Part shown: one piece after another, positions 8,324 to 10,750 of the stretch
Numbering within the stretch: position 1 is the stretch's first letter
Layout of the letters: every line of letters starts with the position of its first letter
Assembly (NCBI GenBank): GCA_965233585.1
Contig: CBDDTI010000578.1
Location: 1 to 10,750, forward strand
Length of the DNA: 10,750 bases
Reading direction: 5' to 3'
Origin: a bacterium
GTDB lineage: Bacteria; SAR324; NAC60-12
Notes under the pieces: generated by a model
What the model saw: the letters and a program-made list of their open reading frames with translations, nothing else
Databases searched by the model: none
Told to the model about the DNA's origin: nothing
Translations under genes and position numbers: made by a program

Positions 8324-8497
8324 GCCAGCAAGCAAGAGTTTCAGGAAACAAAACTCCCAGCCAGCCATCGTGTAAGACGGTTGTTAACCAGCCAGCATAA
8401 TAAAAAATGCGAAACGAAACATATTGCCAGCCAGCGCATAAGGGACTTTGGGTTTTGCCAGCAAGCGGTGGCGTACGTTGCGACTGAGCCAGCCAGC
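8324..8497. repeat. Array of six CCAGC(C/A)AGC motifs separated by unique 21-29 bp spacers
   Basis: 10-mers start at 8324, 8356, 8387, 8426, 8457 and 8488, giving periods of 32, 31, 39, 31 and 31. Confidence 0.85.
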
Positions 8498-8581
8498 GAG
8501 GTTTCGATACATAATTTTTCGAAGGTACTGTAAACATCAATAGTAATACATACCAAAATAATAAAAAAAAAAACCAACAAC

Positions 8582-8689
<108 letters not shown>

Positions 8690-9012
8690 TATAGTACTAA
8701 CAATAATAAAAAGCAGTACTCACAGTTTCTCGAAATAGAGGTCTTCGCTGAAATTTGAACTTGGGAAGTAGTCGCAGGGCGATCAAGAGAGAAGATCCCA
8801 GACTTCAACCATGACACGTAAACACGTAATAACGCCATTAACACAGAGCCAAAATTATCGACTGAGCGACAATGGCAGTTTCGCTCTTTCCTCCCTCGGT
8901 ATTACACTATAACAACTCAGAACTTAAGCGAAATACGAACTGCAGATGTGAAAGCATTAAATTTGCTGTTTCCATCAAATGGAACTGAAACCATTCCCTC
9001 TCTAAGTCCACC

Positions 9013-10163
9013 CAGCAAAAGTCATGTTTGTATGTCGTCAGACAATCACCGCAAAAGTTTCACACCAGAACTGGTGCAAAGTTTCACAGCAAAAGTCATA
9101 GTCGTATGTCGTCAGACAATCACCGCAAAAGTTTCACACCAGAACTGGTGTAAAGTTTCACAGCAAAAGTCATGTTTGTATGTCATCAGACAATCACCGC
9201 AAAAGTTTCACACCAGAACTGGTGCAAAGTTTCACAGCAAAAGTCATAGTCGTATGTCGTCAGACAATCACCGCAAAAGTTTCACACCAGAACTGGTGCA
9301 AAGTATCGCAGCAAAAGTCATGGTCGTATGTCGTCAGACAATCACCGCAAAAGTTTCACACCAGAACTGGTGTAAAGTTTCACAGCAAAATTCATGTTTG
9401 TATGTCATCAGACAATCACCGCAAAAGTTTCACACCAGAACTGGTGCAAAGTTTCACAGCAAAAGTCATAGTCGTATGTCGTCAGACAATCACCGCAAAA
9501 GTTTCACACCAGAACTGGTGCAAAGTTTCACAGCAAAAGTCATGGTCGTGTGTCGTCAGACAATCACCGCAAAAGTTTCACACCAGCACTGGTGCAAAGT
9601 TTCACAGCAAAAGTCATGGTCGTATGTCGTCAGACAATCACCGCAAAAGTTTCACACCAGAACTGGTGCAAAGTTTCACAGCAAAAGTCATAGTCGTATG
9701 TCGTCAGACAATCACCGCAAAAGTTTCACACCAGAACTGGTGCAAAGTTTCACAGCAAAAGTCATGGTCGTGTGTCGTCAGACAATCACCGCAAAAGTTT
9801 CACACCAGCACTGGTGCAAAGTTTCACAGCAAAAGTCATGATCGTATGTCGTCAGACAATCACCGCAAAAGTTTCACACCAGAACTGGTGCAAAGTATCG
9901 CAGCAAAAGTCATAGTCGTATGTCGTCAGACAATCACCGCAAAAGTTTCACACCAGCACTGGTGCAAAGTATCGCAGCAAAAGTCATAGTCGTATATGTG
10001 GTCAGACAATCACCGCAAAAGTTTCACACCAGAACTGGTGTAAAGTTTCACAGCAAAAGTCATGTTTGTATTTCGTCAGACAATCACCGCAAAAGTTTCA
10101 CACCAGAACTGGTGCAAAGTTTCACCGCAAAAGTCATGGTTGTACGTCGTGAGACAATCACCG
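9013..10163. repeat. 74-bp tandem satellite/minisatellite, about 15.5 copies
   Basis: Units start every 74 bp from 9013 to 9975, followed by 10051 (one 76-bp unit) and a partial unit at 10125. Representative unit: CAGCAAAAGTCATAGTCGTATGTCGTCAGACAATCACCGCAAAAGTTTCACACCAGAACTGGTGCAAAGTTTCA. Confidence 0.98.
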
Positions 10164-10414
10164 TGGTCGTAAGCTATAGTCGTCTGTCCTTCAAGGCAAA
10201 TGCTGGTAACAATATTTCTTCAGGTAAAGTACGTTACCGTTGGCGACAGGGAACATGCTAACTTCTGTAGAAAAATTACTTAAGATCATGGAAAATTTTA
10301 CCGCGACTTTCTTATTACAGAGTTATCAGATATTTGATTTCAAAAGTTTTAATTGCAATGGCACTCTTTTTGTATTAATATATTATACTGTAAAGTTTAA
10401 CTTTTTTATTTGGT

Positions 10415-10440
10415 AATAAAGGTTGTTGTTGTTGTTGTTG
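10415..10440 (+). repeat. AATAAA followed by (GTT)6; possible 3' tail of a 5'-truncated non-LTR retrotransposon
   Basis: AATAAA (10415-10420) lies one base before the GTT repeats (10422-10440), after an AT-rich stretch. No reverse transcriptase remnant is visible. Confidence 0.45.
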
Positions 10441-10750
10441 ATAAATTCTCACTCCATACTTTGAAACCAGAATTATCACTTTTAAACCAATCAGCAATCA
10501 AAATTGAAGAGCACATTGCTTAGTACGAACGTAATCCGGTAGTCTCATTGCAAAGACTGGTTGAGGTATCTTGAAGTTCTGTGAAGACATTCGAAACCTG
10601 TAGAATGGAACGTGTATGAACAAAGTGAGATTTTTCAAAAAGGACGACAGTGGACTAATACTGAATTATAATTTACTAGTCTCTTCCACCTAAAACAAAG
10701 CTTATTCTCAAAGGAATCTTTTCGAGTACTTTTTTAAATCATTTAATAAA

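Noticed and set aside
8324..8497. CRISPR array
   Set aside because: The repeat is only 9-10 bp and non-palindromic, there are no cas genes, and the context is eukaryotic. Kept as a phased motif array instead.
8948..10261. Long ORFs of 297, 269 and 113 aa
   Set aside because: They are translations of the 74-bp satellite. The same peptide cycles through all three frames because 74 is not a multiple of 3, and no domain is recognisable.

Overview
Eukaryotic (animal) genomic DNA. It is most likely cnidarian/stony-coral, inferred from the repeat types and receptor style and not verified. The only credible protein-coding gene is a class A GPCR with an uninterrupted CDS (3339..4289, +) that lacks the TM3/ECL2 disulfide. 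Its stop codon lies inside a 26-bp duplication that appears to cut off a Cys/Ser/Thr-rich C-tail. Most of the rest is nested non-autonomous mobile DNA: a TIR element with a perfect 9-bp TSD (542..1621), small MITEs (one nested, with a CAG TSD), a 201-bp-TIR element (5264..6210) and a 1.2-kb foldback element (6514..7728). Two oppositely oriented elements end in long strand-specific hairpins (4859..5048 and 8051..8155). In the second, an internal segment is exactly complementary to the two joined termini, suggesting a folded single-stranded circular intermediate. The window also has a phased 6-copy motif array with unique spacers (8324..8497), an AAT/GATAAT microsatellite and a 74-bp satellite of about 15.5 copies. 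All other ORFs in the track look spurious.
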